From: Mobula hypostoma
Lineage: Eukaryota
Assembly (NCBI RefSeq): GCF_963921235.1
Contig: NC_086097.1
Coordinates: 182,034,001 to 182,098,000, forward strand
Reading direction: 5' to 3'
DNA length: 64,000 bases
The translations under genes and the position numbers were made by a program. This document shows, in pieces, positions 26,603 to 39,559 of this stretch. Under the pieces are notes generated by a model that was not told the origin of the DNA, made no database searches, and saw nothing but the letters and a program-made list of their open reading frames with translations. Position 1 is the stretch's first letter. Every line of letters starts with the position of its first letter.

Positions 26603-28017
26603 TTATTGTCGCCAAACAATTGATACAAGAGCGTACAATCATCACAGCGATATTTGATTTGATTCTGTGCTTCGTGCTCCCTGGATTACAAATCGATAGT
26701 AAATATTAAAAAATTTAAATTATAAATCATAAATAGAAAATAGAAAAATGGAAAGTAAGGTAGTGTAAAAAAACCGAGAGGCAGGTCTGGATATTTGGAG
26801 GGTACGGCCCAGATCCGGGTCAGGATCCGTTCAGCAGTCTTATCACGGTTGGAAAGAAGCTGTTCCCAAATCTGGCCGTATGAGTCTTCAAGCTCCTGAG
26901 CCTTCTCCCCAAGCGAAAAGGAACGAAAAGTGTGTTGGCTGGGTGGGTCGTGTCCGTGATTATCCTGGCAGCACTGCTCCGACAGCATGCGGTGTAAAGT
27001 GAGTCCAAGGACGGAAGATTGGTTTGTGTGATGTGCTGGGCTGTGTTCACGACCTTCTGTAGCTTCTTCCGGTCTTGGACAGGATAACTTCCGCACCAGG
27101 TTGTGATGCACCCTAGAAGAATGCTTTCTACGGTGTATCTATAAAAATTAGTGACGATTTTAGGGGACAGGCCAAATTTCTTTGTCTTCTTAGGAAGTAA
27201 ACGTGTTGGTGGGCCTTCTTGGTAGTGGACTCTGCTTGGTTGGACCAAGTCAGGTCATTTGTGATATTGACCCCGAGGAACTTAAAGCTTTTGACATGTT
27301 CCACCGATGTAAATGGGGTCGTGCGGTCCGCTACGCCTTCTGAAGTCAACAACCAATTCCTTCATCTTGCTGACGTTGAGGGATAGGTTATTGTCTTCGC
27401 ACCATGCCACCAGGTTCTTAATTTCCTCTCTGTACTCAAACTCATCATTACCCGAGATACGGCCTACAATTGTTGTGTCATCAGCAAACTTATATATTGA
27501 GTTTGATGGAAACTTGGCCACACAATCATGGGTGTACAGTGAGTACAGCAGGGGGCTGAGTACACAGCCTTGTGGGGCACCGGTGCTCAGAGTGATTGTA
27601 GAGGAGAGCTTGTCCCCTATTTTTACAGCCTGGGTCCTGTCTGTGAGGAAGTTGAAGATCCAGCTGCAGATCAGAGTGCTAAGGCCCAGGTTCCGGAGCT
27701 TAGGAATCAGTTTATTTGGAATGATGGTATTAAAGGCAGAGCTGTAGTCAATGAAAAGGAGCCTTACACATGCGTCTTTATTCTCCAGGTGTTCTAAGGA
27801 GGAATGTAGGGCCAGAGAGATGGCATCTGCCATTGACCTGTTGCTCCAGTAGGCGAACTGCAAAGTGTCGAGGTTGACTGGTAGGCTGTAGTTGATGTGT
27901 GCCATAACCAATCTCTCGAAGCACTTCATAGCAATTGCTGTCAGCGCCACAGGTCGATAGTCATCCAGGCATACCACCTTGCTCTTCTTCGGCACAGGGA
28001 TTATCGTTGCCTTCTTA
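26603..28017 (-). mobile_element. relatively young 5'-truncated Rex1/Babar LINE inserted in CR1
   Basis: ORF 27282..28112 RT ([47 protein letters not shown]) continuing in 27128..27352 and 26820..27248; aaacct repeated at both junctions; CR1 resumes at 28021. Confidence 0.92.
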
Positions 28018-29734
28018 AAACCTATGCCTTCTTGTTTGTAGTTGCCTTTCCCTGAAAAAGGACTGTGCTTATATCCCTCATGATTGTATAAACATCTAAG
28101 ATCATATCTCAATCAGCAATGAAGTCCTCTCTGATCAACCTTTCCTGTTGGCTCAGGCACTTATATACATGTAACATCCTTGTAAATCTTTGCATCTTTT
28201 TCCAGTTTAATGATGTATATCCTATAGCGGGGCAACTGAAACTGTACACAATACTTTAGTTGTGGTCTCACTTTCTTCTTTAAAACTGCAACATAATGTC
28301 CCACCTCGTTTACTCCGTGCCCTGACTGTTGAAGGCCAGCATGCTAAATGCTTTCTTCTCCACACTGCCTACCTATGATGCCACTTTCAGCAAGCTGTAT
28401 ACTTGTACAATGTATTTGTAGCTTGCATTCTCACCTTGTTTGTTCACTGTATGGTCGTAAGTCAGCTAATTCTGTTTAAAATTCCTTGGACAAGGTTGGG
28501 TCACTAGGCGAATTTCCTGGATTGCTCAGTGAATTGTGGGGAATTACATTTTGCCTGCATTGATTTCCATCCCAGGTTCTTCATTTCATTGTCCAAGTGA
28601 GCTCGCATTTCCATAGCTCATTTCATGGCCCAACATTCCAAAACACTTCACATAAAGTGAAGAGCGTAAGTTCTTATGATGTGGGAGAAATGAATTGAGA
28701 CAGCAGGTCCCACAAACAGCAATGGGATGATGGCCAGATCACCTTGTTTTATTGATATAGCAGAGGGACAAACATTGGCCTCAGGACACTGAGCAGAACC
28801 TTCTTGTTTTCCAATATTGGATTTTCAGTCCTGCTCAACAGGGTAGACTTAATGTGTTGAGGAACAACTGCACAACTGACATTGTGGCACTCTTTGTCAA
28901 CTGTGCTTCCCCATAGATTATCAATACAGTTACAGAAGGAAATGTGATTCATTTTGTCTGTGCTTGGTCCCTTGAGAACAATCTTACTTTATGCTTGTAC
29001 TTAATTGCCCTTCATATTCTGTAAGATCCCCCTTTGGAATTTCTGAGTTCAAAGTAAATTTATTATCAGACAGACAGGTATGATACCATATTCTACCTCG
29101 AGATTCATTTTCTTGCAGGCATTTACAGGAAAAACACAGTAGAATTTTACAAAAACTATGTATAAACAGACAACACTGATGAAGAATCAATGTGAGAAAG
29201 GAGACAAACTATACAAATAAAAATAATAATGTGAACATGAGTTGGAAGGAGGTCTTGAAAGTGCGTCTGCGCTGAATGTTGCTACTGCCTTTGCAGGCGT
29301 TGAGTTTTGCATCATAGCCACTCTCTGTGTCCTGAGATCCCTCAGTATAGGCAGTACAGAACCAGAGGTTCTCCTGCCTGGTTTCAAGTCTGAGCCTGGC
29401 ACTGGAGGCCAGGGCAGGTGAAACTAACAGTCTGTTGAGGCACAGCCCCATGTTGTCAGGTATTGAAAATTAAAAGACTGCCAATGTTGGAAGTCTGAAA
29501 TAAAAACAGATACTGGTCAGGTAGCTTCTCTGGAAGCAGACATTAACTCAATGAAGAGAACTTAATCTGACCTGTTAACTCGTTCCTTGCCTGACTGCTG
29601 AATGTTTCCAGCACTTTCTGTTTATTATTACCTAGTCATCAGGATTTTCTCCTGCTGCTTGTTCTGTCTTCAGTGAGCTGATGCTTTTGCCCTGACCTCA
29701 CTGCGCTGTCTTTTGGTCTCTGCAGTGGATGAGA

Positions 29735-30022
29735 AAGGGCAGCATGGTCGCCTAGCAGTTAGCATCGACAACCTGGGTTCAATTCTGCCACTGTCTGTAC
29801 ATTCTCCCTGTGACCATGCAGGCTTTCTCTGGGGGCTCTAGTTTCCTCCCACGTTTCAAAGACTTCTGGGTTAGTAAGGATTAGTAAGTTGTGGGCATGC
29901 TATGTTGGCACTGGAAGCGAGCGACCCCAGCACATCCTTGAGCTGTGTTAGTCATTGATGCAAGTGACACATTTCACACTATGTTTCAATATACGTGACG
30001 AATAAAGCTAACCTAACCTAAC
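29735..30022 (+). mobile_element. tRNA-derived SINE
   Basis: gggcagcatggtcgcctagc..ctgggttcaattctgcc; ends aataaagctaacctaaccta. Confidence 0.7.
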
Positions 30023-30059
30023 AGGCACTGGGATTTAAGTAGATCCGCTCCATGTTTTC

Positions 30060-30090
30060 CCTCTCTCCTCTCTCTCTCCCTCTCCCTCTG
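30060..30090 (+). repeat. (CT)n-like polypyrimidine tract followed by ttgacag
   Basis: ctctctcctctctctctccctctccctctg. Confidence 0.8.
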
Positions 30091-30730
30091 TTGACAGATA
30101 AAGTGCAAGGTACAGGCATGCAGGAGCAGTGTGTGAGAGAGTATTTCTGAACTAATTACGTCCAGGTCTGAGGCAGAAGGAGCTGACATGTCACAGTTCT
30201 CAGTGCAAGTTACAACAAGAAGCTTTCAGCCGCAGGCTCGTAGCAGCATTGCGGGCTGCAGCACTGAGGAAAGAAACTTCAGTGCAGGGCCCTGAGTCCT
30301 TCGCTGTTGAGACGAGCTGAGCTGGCCACTGCATGCTGTAAGGTGTGAGACCCATCCTGGCAGACCTGCGTTCTGGTAGCTGCTGTTCAATAAGAGCTTG
30401 CTGACCCTCCCCGTGTGGATTGTTATTAAAGCTGGTTGGCTGCCGATTCTGAGGTGACTCAAGCAGAGAAGAATGTTCTCCTTCAAGCGAGAAGACAGCA
30501 GCACCCAGCGACTCTGCTGAGAGTAGAAGATGCTGGTGCTGCTTGACGGGCCCCGAATGTGGCAGCTCCTGACGGGCAGAGGCCGGTGGGCAGAAGGCTG
30601 CTACGGAGCGTGGTGGGGATCACAGGGGGGAAGTGTGCGAGGTCCACTGATGTGAGGCTGAGCCGATTGTGTGGTCCTGCCTCTGAGGACAGAGCTGGAG
30701 GTGCAGGGCTGTTCACCGGGGCACGGCAGG

Positions 30731-31829
30731 ATGTTGCAAGCGCAGTGCAAGCTCACTGCAAACAAGTGTGCCTGCTGCCACCCAGCTGGTGAACAGGCTG
30801 AGCCTGCAGTGACTGAACAGGTAAATATTACCGGGGCTGTACAGGTTAAACTGAAGAGACTGACTGAGGGCCAGGCGGCTTGTATCCGGAAGGAGGCCGA
30901 CCCCTGTGACGCGGTCGGGTTCTCCAGGAAACTAATGGTGGCTTCCCTGCCGGGATCTTTCAGCAACAGACCAAGACGTCCCAGGAGCATCTGTGTCCCG
31001 GGGGACAGGATCGGATTACAGCTAGAGCTGGAATCAGCAGGGCTAAACGGAGCAAGAGGGATCGATCTCGAGTCACAGTCTGAAAGGGAGCTTTCGCCGC
31101 AGGATGGTGAAGCAGCAGTATCCGTACGTACTGGCAGGAAGGAGTTACATAGACCTCTCAGTATGAGTTTCCTTGAGACATACAAAACCTCTTCACCAGG
31201 TGAGGTCAAGTCTGTGGCTGCTGTTGAAACTCCGCAGACCCGCACGGTCACCAGGTCTGACAGTGGCCGTTTCCTGCGAACAGGCTATCGATGGTCCAGT
31301 CAGCGACGGGCATGCTCATCTACGAAAATTGGAGTTGCAAAAGAGACAGCAACAGATCTCAAGACCCAAAACTCCAAGGTATTATTCAAATCACTGAGGA
31401 GAAGCTTGAGTTTCCGGCTGAAGAGGGTGCCCGAGACAAAGGAGCCCGAGGGCAGCAGGGTCAGAACACAGAGTGTTGGAGACTCTTTTCCACAAAGACC
31501 ACAGCCCCATGCCCGTGAGTCACAAAAGCAAGAGGAAAGTAAAAATTGGCCGGGGCAGCCACCACCTTTACCCAGCAGAGGGAATTCTGCATGTTCCCCA
31601 AAAGCAAACAATGAGCAAAGCAGCTGGTGGAAGATCCTGACTGCCCACTTTCGCAAAAAGCACTTTTTTGGCACCAAAGAACCACAGAAAACTGATCAAT
31701 TACAATCAGAGAGACGGAACAATGGCTGGACTTCCTTAACTGAGGGACAGAATGTGGCCCAGTGTAGGAGTAGTGAGCCTCTCGCCATTGTTGGAGCGAG
31801 GGTCAGAGGTGAAGTGCCATCAGTGGAAG
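30731..31829 (+). CDS. AGAP3: alternative first coding exon of an AGAP-family Arf-GAP with GTPase, ANK repeat and PH domain protein (most like the AGAP3 long N-terminal isoform; AGAP1 not excluded)
   Basis: First ATG at 30731 (A at -3, in-frame TGA upstream at 30659). Collinear motifs RPRSIC, RPLSMSFLE, RSDSGRFLR..WSSQR, LRRSLSFRLKR, RVRTQSVGD and WWKILTAHFRKK match, from memory, the AGAP3 alternative N-terminus (RPRSVC, RPASMTFLE, GFLRG..WSSQR, LRKSFSFRLRR, RARTRSDGD, LWRLLTSRFRRR). Donor GAA G|gtaaac at 31829/31830 is phase 1, fitting D of 'DSFVNSQEW'. Confidence 0.8.
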
Positions 31830-32729
31830 GTAAACTGGTTTCCAAGTGTGTCACACAACCTGGGGTCAGCAAAGGATAGCAACAATCTTTGGGGAGATTT
31901 TGGCAAAGAAGGTGTTTGTTGTATGGGGCTGGATCTAAGTGATGAAATTAATCTGTTATTGGGAGATGTATTAACCAAACTTCAACTAACAACGTTGAAA
32001 TGGAGTAGCTCTGTACTAATAAACTTAATGTGTTGTGTCGCAGAAATCCTTCCTGAACCCTGAACATGCATGTGCCATTAACTGGTGTGGAGTTAAGGAG
32101 GTTTGGGGAATTCACACTGTGTTGCCTGAGGAATTATGGATGTGAACCCAGGAAATGTTTATCTTAGTTACCTGTGGTGCTGGCTGTCCATTGAACTGTT
32201 ATCAGCTTGGGGGCAGGGATGGCATAATGAGTCAATCGGAAAGGTTAAGGTTGCTTGATTAACCCTTGCAACATCGAAAGCCTGGGTGTGACCTTGCAGT
32301 CTAAATTACAGGGTTACTTGTGAGTCAGTGGCTGAAGGTGAAGGGAGGAGTTGAAGCATGACACAACTGAGCAGTGTTCTCCTGCAGGAACAGAACCTGA
32401 TTTCTTTCCCAGCATTCAACAGTTGCTCCAGTTGTATGAGAATTTTATAATCTGCCTGATGGGAGGGTTTGAGCTGCTGCTCTGTGTCATCCATCTGCTG
32501 TTGTTTCATTTACCGTGCTAGTAAAGCATTTTTAGAACATTTATACACCTTTTTTTCTAAAGTAACTTTTTCCGTTCATCAAAGCTGGAGTTCCAGTTAC
32601 ACTTAACCCTTTAGATCTTTCACTGCTCACGGCTTTCTAGCTGAGGCTTAGTTAGAACAGGTCACCCAGTGAGATGGCAGTCGTTTGTTATTGAGGGAAT
32701 AGTGTTCCATTCAGCTGAGTGGAGTTTCA

Positions 32730-33370
32730 GAAGGCAAAGGAGCAGAATTAGGCTGTTCGGGCCATTGGCTCTATTATTTAATCATGGCTGATTTATTTTC
32801 TCTGTCAACTCCATTCTCCTGGTTCTCACCATAACCAAAAGACTGTAAGACATAGGGGCCAAAATTGGGCCCTTCAGCACATTAAATCTGCTCCGCCATT
32901 CCATCTTGGCTGATTTATTATCCCTTTCAACCCCTTTCTCCTGCATTCTCCCCATAATCTTTGACACCCTTACTAATCAAGAACTATCAACCTCTTTTAA
33001 ATATGCCCAATGACTTGACTTCCACAGCCATCTGTGGCAATGAATTCCACAGATTCACCTTCCTCTGGCTAAAGAAATTCTTCCTCACCTTTGTTCTAAA
33101 GGGATGCCCTTCTATTTTGAGGCTGTGCCCTCTGGTCCGAGACTCTGCCAATATTGGAAGTATCCTCTCCACATCTACTCTGTCTAGACCTTTCAATGTT
33201 CAGTAGGTTTCAATGAGATTCCCCTCATTCTTCTGAACTCTAGTGAATACAGGCCCAGAGCCATCAAATGCTCCTCATATATTAACCCTATCATTCCAAG
33301 GACCAATCTTGTAAACCTCCTCTGGACCCCTTCCAATATTAGAACATCCTTTCTTAGAGATGGGACCCAA
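32730..33370 (-). mobile_element. CR1 3' ends (two nested tails)
   Basis: ORFs 32987..33196 (SRTRGHSLKI..RKNFFSQR..LWNSLP) and 33193..33405. Confidence 0.9.
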
Positions 33371-33399
33371 AGTTTAGAAGGTTGCCATAGGTTCCAATG

Positions 33400-34225
33400 G
33401 GACATTTATAGGATGCAGAGCTAGGCTGTAAGGTGGTAGATGGAGTTTACTCTGGAGAAGTGTCAAGTGATTGATACACTTTGGAAGGTTGAACTTGAAG
33501 GCAGAGGAAAGGGTTAATGGCAGGATTCTCAGCAGAGTGGAGGAACAGAGGAATCTTGGGATCTACATCCATAGATCCTTCAGTGTTGCTGCACAAGTCA
33601 ATAGGGTGCTTTAGAAGGTTTATGATTTGTTGGTCTTTATTGGTGGGATTGAGTTCAAGAGCCCTGAAAAAATGTTGTAGCTCTATAAAGCTCTTAAATC
33701 ACACTTGTAATATTGTGTTCAGTTCTGGTTGCCTCATTTTCGGAAGGATGTGGAAGCTTTAGAGAAGGTTCAGACGAGATTTACCAGGATGCTGCCTGGA
33801 TTAGAGAGTATGTCTTACGAGGAAAGGCTGAGCGAACTAGGGCTTTACTCTTTGGAAGAGGATGAGAGATGACTTGATAAAAATGTATATGATGATAAGA
33901 GGCTTAGATCAAGTGGACAACCAGCACCTTTTTCCCCAGGGCAGTGGTAGCTAACATTAGAAGGCATAATTTTAAGGGGATTGGAGGAAAATATAGGGGG
34001 ATGTTTTACAGAGAGCGTGGTGGCTCTATGGAATGTGCTGCAAAAGGTGGTGGTAGAGTGAGTTACATCAGGAACATTTTAGATGCTCTTAGGTAAACAC
34101 GTGGATGAAAGAAAAATGGAGGTCTATGTGGGAGAAAAGCATTAGATTGATCCTGGAGTAAATTTTAAGGTCGGCACAATATCGTGGCCAAGGAGCCTGT
34201 ACTGTGCTGTGCTTTTCTATGTTCT
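33400..34225 (+). mobile_element. CR1 3' fragment inserted in an opposite-strand CR1
   Basis: cagttctggttgcctcat..gatttaccaggatgctgcctgg; tail ctgtactgtgctgtgcttttctatgttcta. Confidence 0.85.
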
Positions 34226-35130
34226 AACACTACCTGCACCTCCATCTATCTCTGTGCCATACACAAACGTGGTCACAAATATCAGTTCCATCATCTAGTC
34301 ATTAATAGATAATCAGAAAGTAGTGGACCCAACACTGACTCCTGCAGAACATCACCAATCACCAGCAGCCAAACAGAGAAAGACCCCTTTTATTCTATCC
34401 ATGCTAGTGTTTTCTTTTGTGGTTTACCTTGTTTAGCTACCTCATATGCTGCACCTTGTCAAAGACCTTCTGGAAATCCAAGTAAACAAGATCCAATGAC
34501 TCTCCTTTGTCTATCCTGTCTGTTATTTCCTCATAGAATTCTTACAGATTTGTCAGGAAAGATCTCCCCTTAACATGCTGAACTCGGTCTATTTTATCAT
34601 GTATCTCGAAGCACATGAAACCTCATAGTGGACTCTAACATCTTCCCAGCCACAGAAGTCAGGCTAACTGGACTATAATTTCCTTTCTTCTGCCTCCCTC
34701 CCTTCCTAAGGAGTGGAGTGACACTTGCAATTTTCCAGTCCTTCAGAACTATGGCAGAATCTAGTGATTCTTGAAAGATCATTACTAATGGATCCACCAG
34801 TTACCTCTTTCAAAATCCTGGCGTGCAGTCCATCTGGTGCAGGTGACTCATCTACCTTCAGACCTTTCATCTTCCCAAGCACCTTCACCTTAGTAATTGC
34901 AACTGCACTCACTTCTGCCTCCTGACACTCTCAAATTTCTGGTGTTCTTCTGGTGTCTTCCACAGTGAAGACTGACGCAAATTACTTACTGAGTTTGTCC
35001 ACCATTTCTTTTTTCCCCATTACTACCTCTCCACTGTCATGTTCCAGCTGTTTGATGTCCACTCTTGCCTCTTTTGCTCTTTATATACCTTTTGTTTCTA
35101 TATACTTTTTATATTTTTCTGCTGCCCTAC
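34225..35130 (-). mobile_element. CR1 ORF2 fragment (likely continuation of the 32840-33370 copy)
   Basis: ORF 34597..34797 WKIASVTPLLRKG..NYSPVSLTS. Confidence 0.85.
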
Positions 35131-35819
35131 CTGACAATTAGGGTTGTTGGCCATGCAGTATATAAATGCAAGTTGTAGTACTGATTTACTGACCTTAAGC
35201 CAGCGTTGGAACCAGAGCGCATCTGAGGGCAGATGCCTATCATCACTTCAGTTCAAGCATCTTCATGTTGGGTTACTGGGTGAATGAATAACGAAAAGTT
35301 CCATGTGGCCTGAGTACTGGTATCAATATTAGTGAACTGGCAGGAAGGAAAAGTGAACAGAAACAAGTAGAGCTGGTGTGACTTACACTCGGGTTGTATG
35401 TTCATTCAGTGGAGTTGGGAGTTACACTGGGTTCAATGGTTGTGTATGCGTGTCAACATCAGGGGAGCTGTGTCATGGAGACACGAGACTCAGCAGCCAC
35501 ATGATAAAAGCTGGAGGAACTCGGTGATTTGAGCAGCATCCTTGGGTTTAAAATGGGCAGTCGATCTTTTATGTTCATCTGGACTGAGAGAGAAGGGGGA
35601 GATGGCCAGTATGAAGTCGTGGGTAAAAGGGGTGGGACAAGATCTGGAACTGATAGGCAAAAGGAGGAGGAGAGTGTGGAAACGGTAACTGAGGCCCTCT
35701 GTGGATGTTGCCTGAACTGTTGGGTTCCTTCACCATTTTGTCTGATCCCTGTTCAATGTGTGCACTACTGGGCCTATCAGAGAAAATTGCAGCTTCTGGC
35801 ATCACAGCAAGGGATTAAT

Positions 35820-36085
35820 ACTGAAAGTACATAAGCAGACTTGGTTCCACAATCTACATGCTCACTTTCAAGAACTTTACTACTCATATTCTCAGTATTA
35901 TTTTTTCTTATTTGGACAATTTGTCATCTTTTGCATATTGGTTGCCAGACTTTGTTTATGTATAATTTTTCATAAATTCTATTGCATTTCTCTATTTTCC
36001 TGTAAATGCCTGCAAGAAAATGAATCTCCAGGTAGTATATGGTAACATATACATACTTTGATCATAAATTTATTTTGAACTTTGA
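35820..36085 (+). mobile_element. Rex1-type 3' UTR
   Basis: aatgcctgcaagaaaatgaatctc..ataaatttattttgaactttga; reverse copy at ~29045. Confidence 0.7.
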
Positions 36086-36593
36086 GACAGTTTGTTAATG
36101 ACCTGCACGTACAGTGATAGTGAAACACAAAATGGAACTGTCAGGTTACCATTTATTCATTCGCAAAGTAGGGAGTTTGGCTTTGTCTCGTATGACAGTC
36201 TGTGAGGGGTGGGCTGTGAGAAATAAAGACCTTGCTGTTGAAATGCTGGTGACTGTTATGAGGCTGATTATAGTGTGGAACATAGGGGAGAAGCAGTAAA
36301 ATGAGGGAGGGGACTGGTCTCAAACCAGAACAGCGCCTGTACGCAGTTCTTTTGACAGTGATGTGGATATAGCAAGGGACAGAAAAAACTGTGTGGGCTT
36401 CAGCTCATGTAGTTTATTCCACGAGTGAACACCACCTCGACTACTTGACTGAAATTCAACCAGTTCTAAATGAGACTCTGTCCCTCTGAAACCATAACCC
36501 TCAGTCACATCCTGTCAAAATACTTGCTAAAGCTTAACCAAGCTGACCCTGTGCTTGTAGCTTGCATGCTGTTGCTCTTTGCACCCACTGCCT

Positions 36594-38720
36594 TAGAAAC
36601 ATATAAACATAGAAAACCTACAGCACAATACAGGCCCTTCGGCCCACAATGCTGTGCCAAACGTACTTACTTTAGAAATTACCTAGGGTTACCCATAGTA
36701 CTCTATTTTTCTAAGCTCCGTGTACCTATCCAGGAGTCTTTGAAAAGACCCTGTCATATCTGCCTCCACCACCGTCGCCCGGCAGCCCATTCCACACACT
36801 CAGCACTCTCTGTGTAAAAAAAACCTACCCCTGACATCTCCTCCGTACCTACTTCCAAGCACCTTAAAACTATGCCCTCTCATGCTAACTATTTCAGCCC
36901 TGGGAGTCTGTCTACTCACACGATCAGTGCATCTTATCATCTTTTACACCTCTTTCGAGCCTCTTCTCATACTCCACCTCTCCAAGGAGAAAAGGCCGAG
37001 TTCACTCAACCTATTCTAGTAAGGCATGTTCCGCAATCCAAGCAACATCCTTGTAAATCTCCTCTGTACCCTCTCTATGGTTTCCACATCCTTCCTGTAG
37101 TGAGGTGACCAGAACTGAGCACAGTACTTCAAGTGGGGTCTAACCAGGGTTCTATATAGCTGTAACATTACCTCTCGGCTCTTAAGCTCAATTCCACGGT
37201 TGATGAAGCCTAGTGCACCATGTGCCTTCTTAACCACAGAGTCAACCTGTGCAGCAGCTTTGAATGTCCTATGGACTCGGACCCCAAGATCCCTCTGATC
37301 TTCCACACTGCCAAAGAGTCTTACCATGAATCAGAATCAGGTTTATTATCACTGGCATGTGATGTGAAATTTGTTAACCTAGCAGCAGCAGTTCAATGCA
37401 ATACGTAATCTAGCAGAGACAGAAAATAAAGTAATTAAAAAAAACATAATAAATAAACAAGTAAATTACACATATTGAATAGAATAATACTATATTCTGC
37501 CATCATATTTGACTTTCCAAAATGAACCACCTCACACTTAACAGGGTTGAACTCCATCTGCCACTTCTCAGCCCAGCTTTGCATCCTATCAATGTCCCGC
37601 TGTAATCTCTGACAGCACTCCACATTATCCACAATACCCCCAACCTTTGTGTCATCAGCAAATCTACTAACCCATCCCACCACTTCCTCATCCAGGTCAT
37701 TTATAAAAATTGTGAAGAGAATGGGCCCCAGAGCAGATCCCTGAGGCACACCACTGGTCACCGATCTCCATGCAGAATATGACTCGTCTACAACCACTCT
37801 TTGTCTTCTGTGGGCAAGCCAATTTTGGATCCACAAAGCCAGGTCTCCTTGGATCCCATGCCTCCTTACTTTCTCAAGAAGCCTTGCATGGGGCACCTTA
37901 TCAAATGCCTTGCTGAAATCCATATACTCTACATCTACTGCTCTATCTTCATCAAGGTGTTTAGTCACATCCTCAATAAATTCAATCAGGCTAGTAAGGC
38001 ACGACCTGCCTTTGACAAAGCCATGCTGACAATTCCTAATCATATTATATCTCTCCAAATGTTCATAAGTCCTGCCTCTCAGGATCTTCTCCATCAACTT
38101 ACCAACCACTGAAGTAAGACTCACTGGACTATCTCTACTCCTTTCTTGAATAAGGGAACACCATCTGCAACCCTCTAATCCTCTGGAACCTCTTCCGTCC
38201 CCATTGATGATGCAAAGATCATTGTCAGAGGCTCAGCAATCTCCTCCCTCCCCTCCCACAGTAGCCTGGGGTACATCTCATCCAGTCCAGGTTGACTTAT
38301 CCAACTTGATGCTTTCCAAAAGCTCCAGCACATCCTCTTTCTTAATGTCTATATGCTCAAGCTTTCTAATCTGCTGTAAGTCATCCCTACAATCACCAAG
38401 ATCCTTGTCCGTTGTGAATACTGAAGCAAAATATTCATTAAGTGCCTCTGCAATCTCCTCCGTTCCATACACACTTTTCTACTGTCATACTTGATTGGTC
38501 CTATTCTCTCACATCTTATCCTCTTGCTCTTCACATACTTGTAGAATGCCTTGGGGATTTCCTTAATCCTGTTCGCCAAGGCCTTTTTATGACCCCTTCT
38601 GGCTCTCCTAATTTCATTCTTAAACTCCGTCCTGCTAGCCTTATAATCTTCTAGATCTCTATCATTACCTAGTTTTTTGAACCTTTTGTATGCTTTTCTT
38701 TTCTTCTCGACTAGATTTGG
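36594..38720 (-). mobile_element. CR1 LINE ORF2 pseudogene with a Rex1 3'-tail insert at ~37328-37482
   Basis: ORF 37435..38124 RT (QHGFVKGRSCLT, DFSKAFDKV, GVPQGSALGP, FADDTK); 37016..37327; tail catagaaaacctacagcac. Confidence 0.93.
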
Positions 38721-39559
38721 TCTTCTCGGCAAATTTTATTTTTCCAGACCTGGTTAGGCTTTGCGTTTAATATAAAAGAACTTTGAAGGCTAGTTTTCCC
38801 AAATTAGTAGGAGGGATTGATGTATGTAGACCCCAAGAATACATTAAGACTTTATCCTCTGAGTGCAGGAGAATGAGGGGAAATCTTTTTGAGGTGTACA
38901 AAATTATGAATCTAGATAGGGTGAATGTATGTAGGCTTTTTCCCCTCAGGTTGGGTGAGACTCGAACTAGAGATCATTGATTAAGGATGAAGCATTCAAG
39001 GGGACTCCCAGGAGAAATTTCTTCCCAGAGTGTTGTGCAGGTGTGGAAGAACCTGCCTCTGGATTGAGTAGATGCGAGTTCAACTGTAATATTTAACAGA
39101 AGTTTGGATAAGTAAAAGGATAAGAGGGTTTTGGAAGGATTTGGTCTGAGTCCAGGTAAGTGGGACCAGGTAGAAGATTGGGTTGCTGTGGACTGGATGG
39201 CTGATGGGTCCATTTCTGTGCTTTTGGACTCTGTGACTCTAAATGGAAAGATGACTTTTCTCCAGGTTTGACATTTTTAGCTACTCTTTTATCTGTACTC
39301 TGTCCATCATTGTGAACACTGACTGTGATTCTCTGTACCTTAGCCTCTGTCTTTGCCTGCCAATGGCTCTGTGCAGGGCTGCTTCCTGTTTTTTTCAGTT
39401 TGGTTGTTCTAGCCCATCCATGCATGTCTAAACATTTGCTAAGGGAAGTTATTGAAGGGCATTGCATTGTAATCGTAGCCAGCCAAAACAGACATATTTC
39501 TCTTTAGGGCATTGAAAGAACAGTTATGCTTTAATGGCAGCTCAGCAGCTTTTCAGGCA

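Noticed and set aside
27282..28112. Long RT ORFs (also 37435, 50623, 54856) as active or domesticated genes
   Set aside because: All are 5'-truncated or frameshifted LINE copies whose ORF ends run into unrelated flanking sequence
30671..30730. GTG start and first 20 codons of the 402-aa ORF; also its last codons 31830-31879
   Set aside because: Eukaryotic context: the first ATG is at 30731, and a phase-compatible donor at 31830 makes the tail intronic read-through
30601..31251. 216-aa minus-strand ORF
   Set aside because: Antisense shadow of the GC-rich AGAP exon; no recognisable motif
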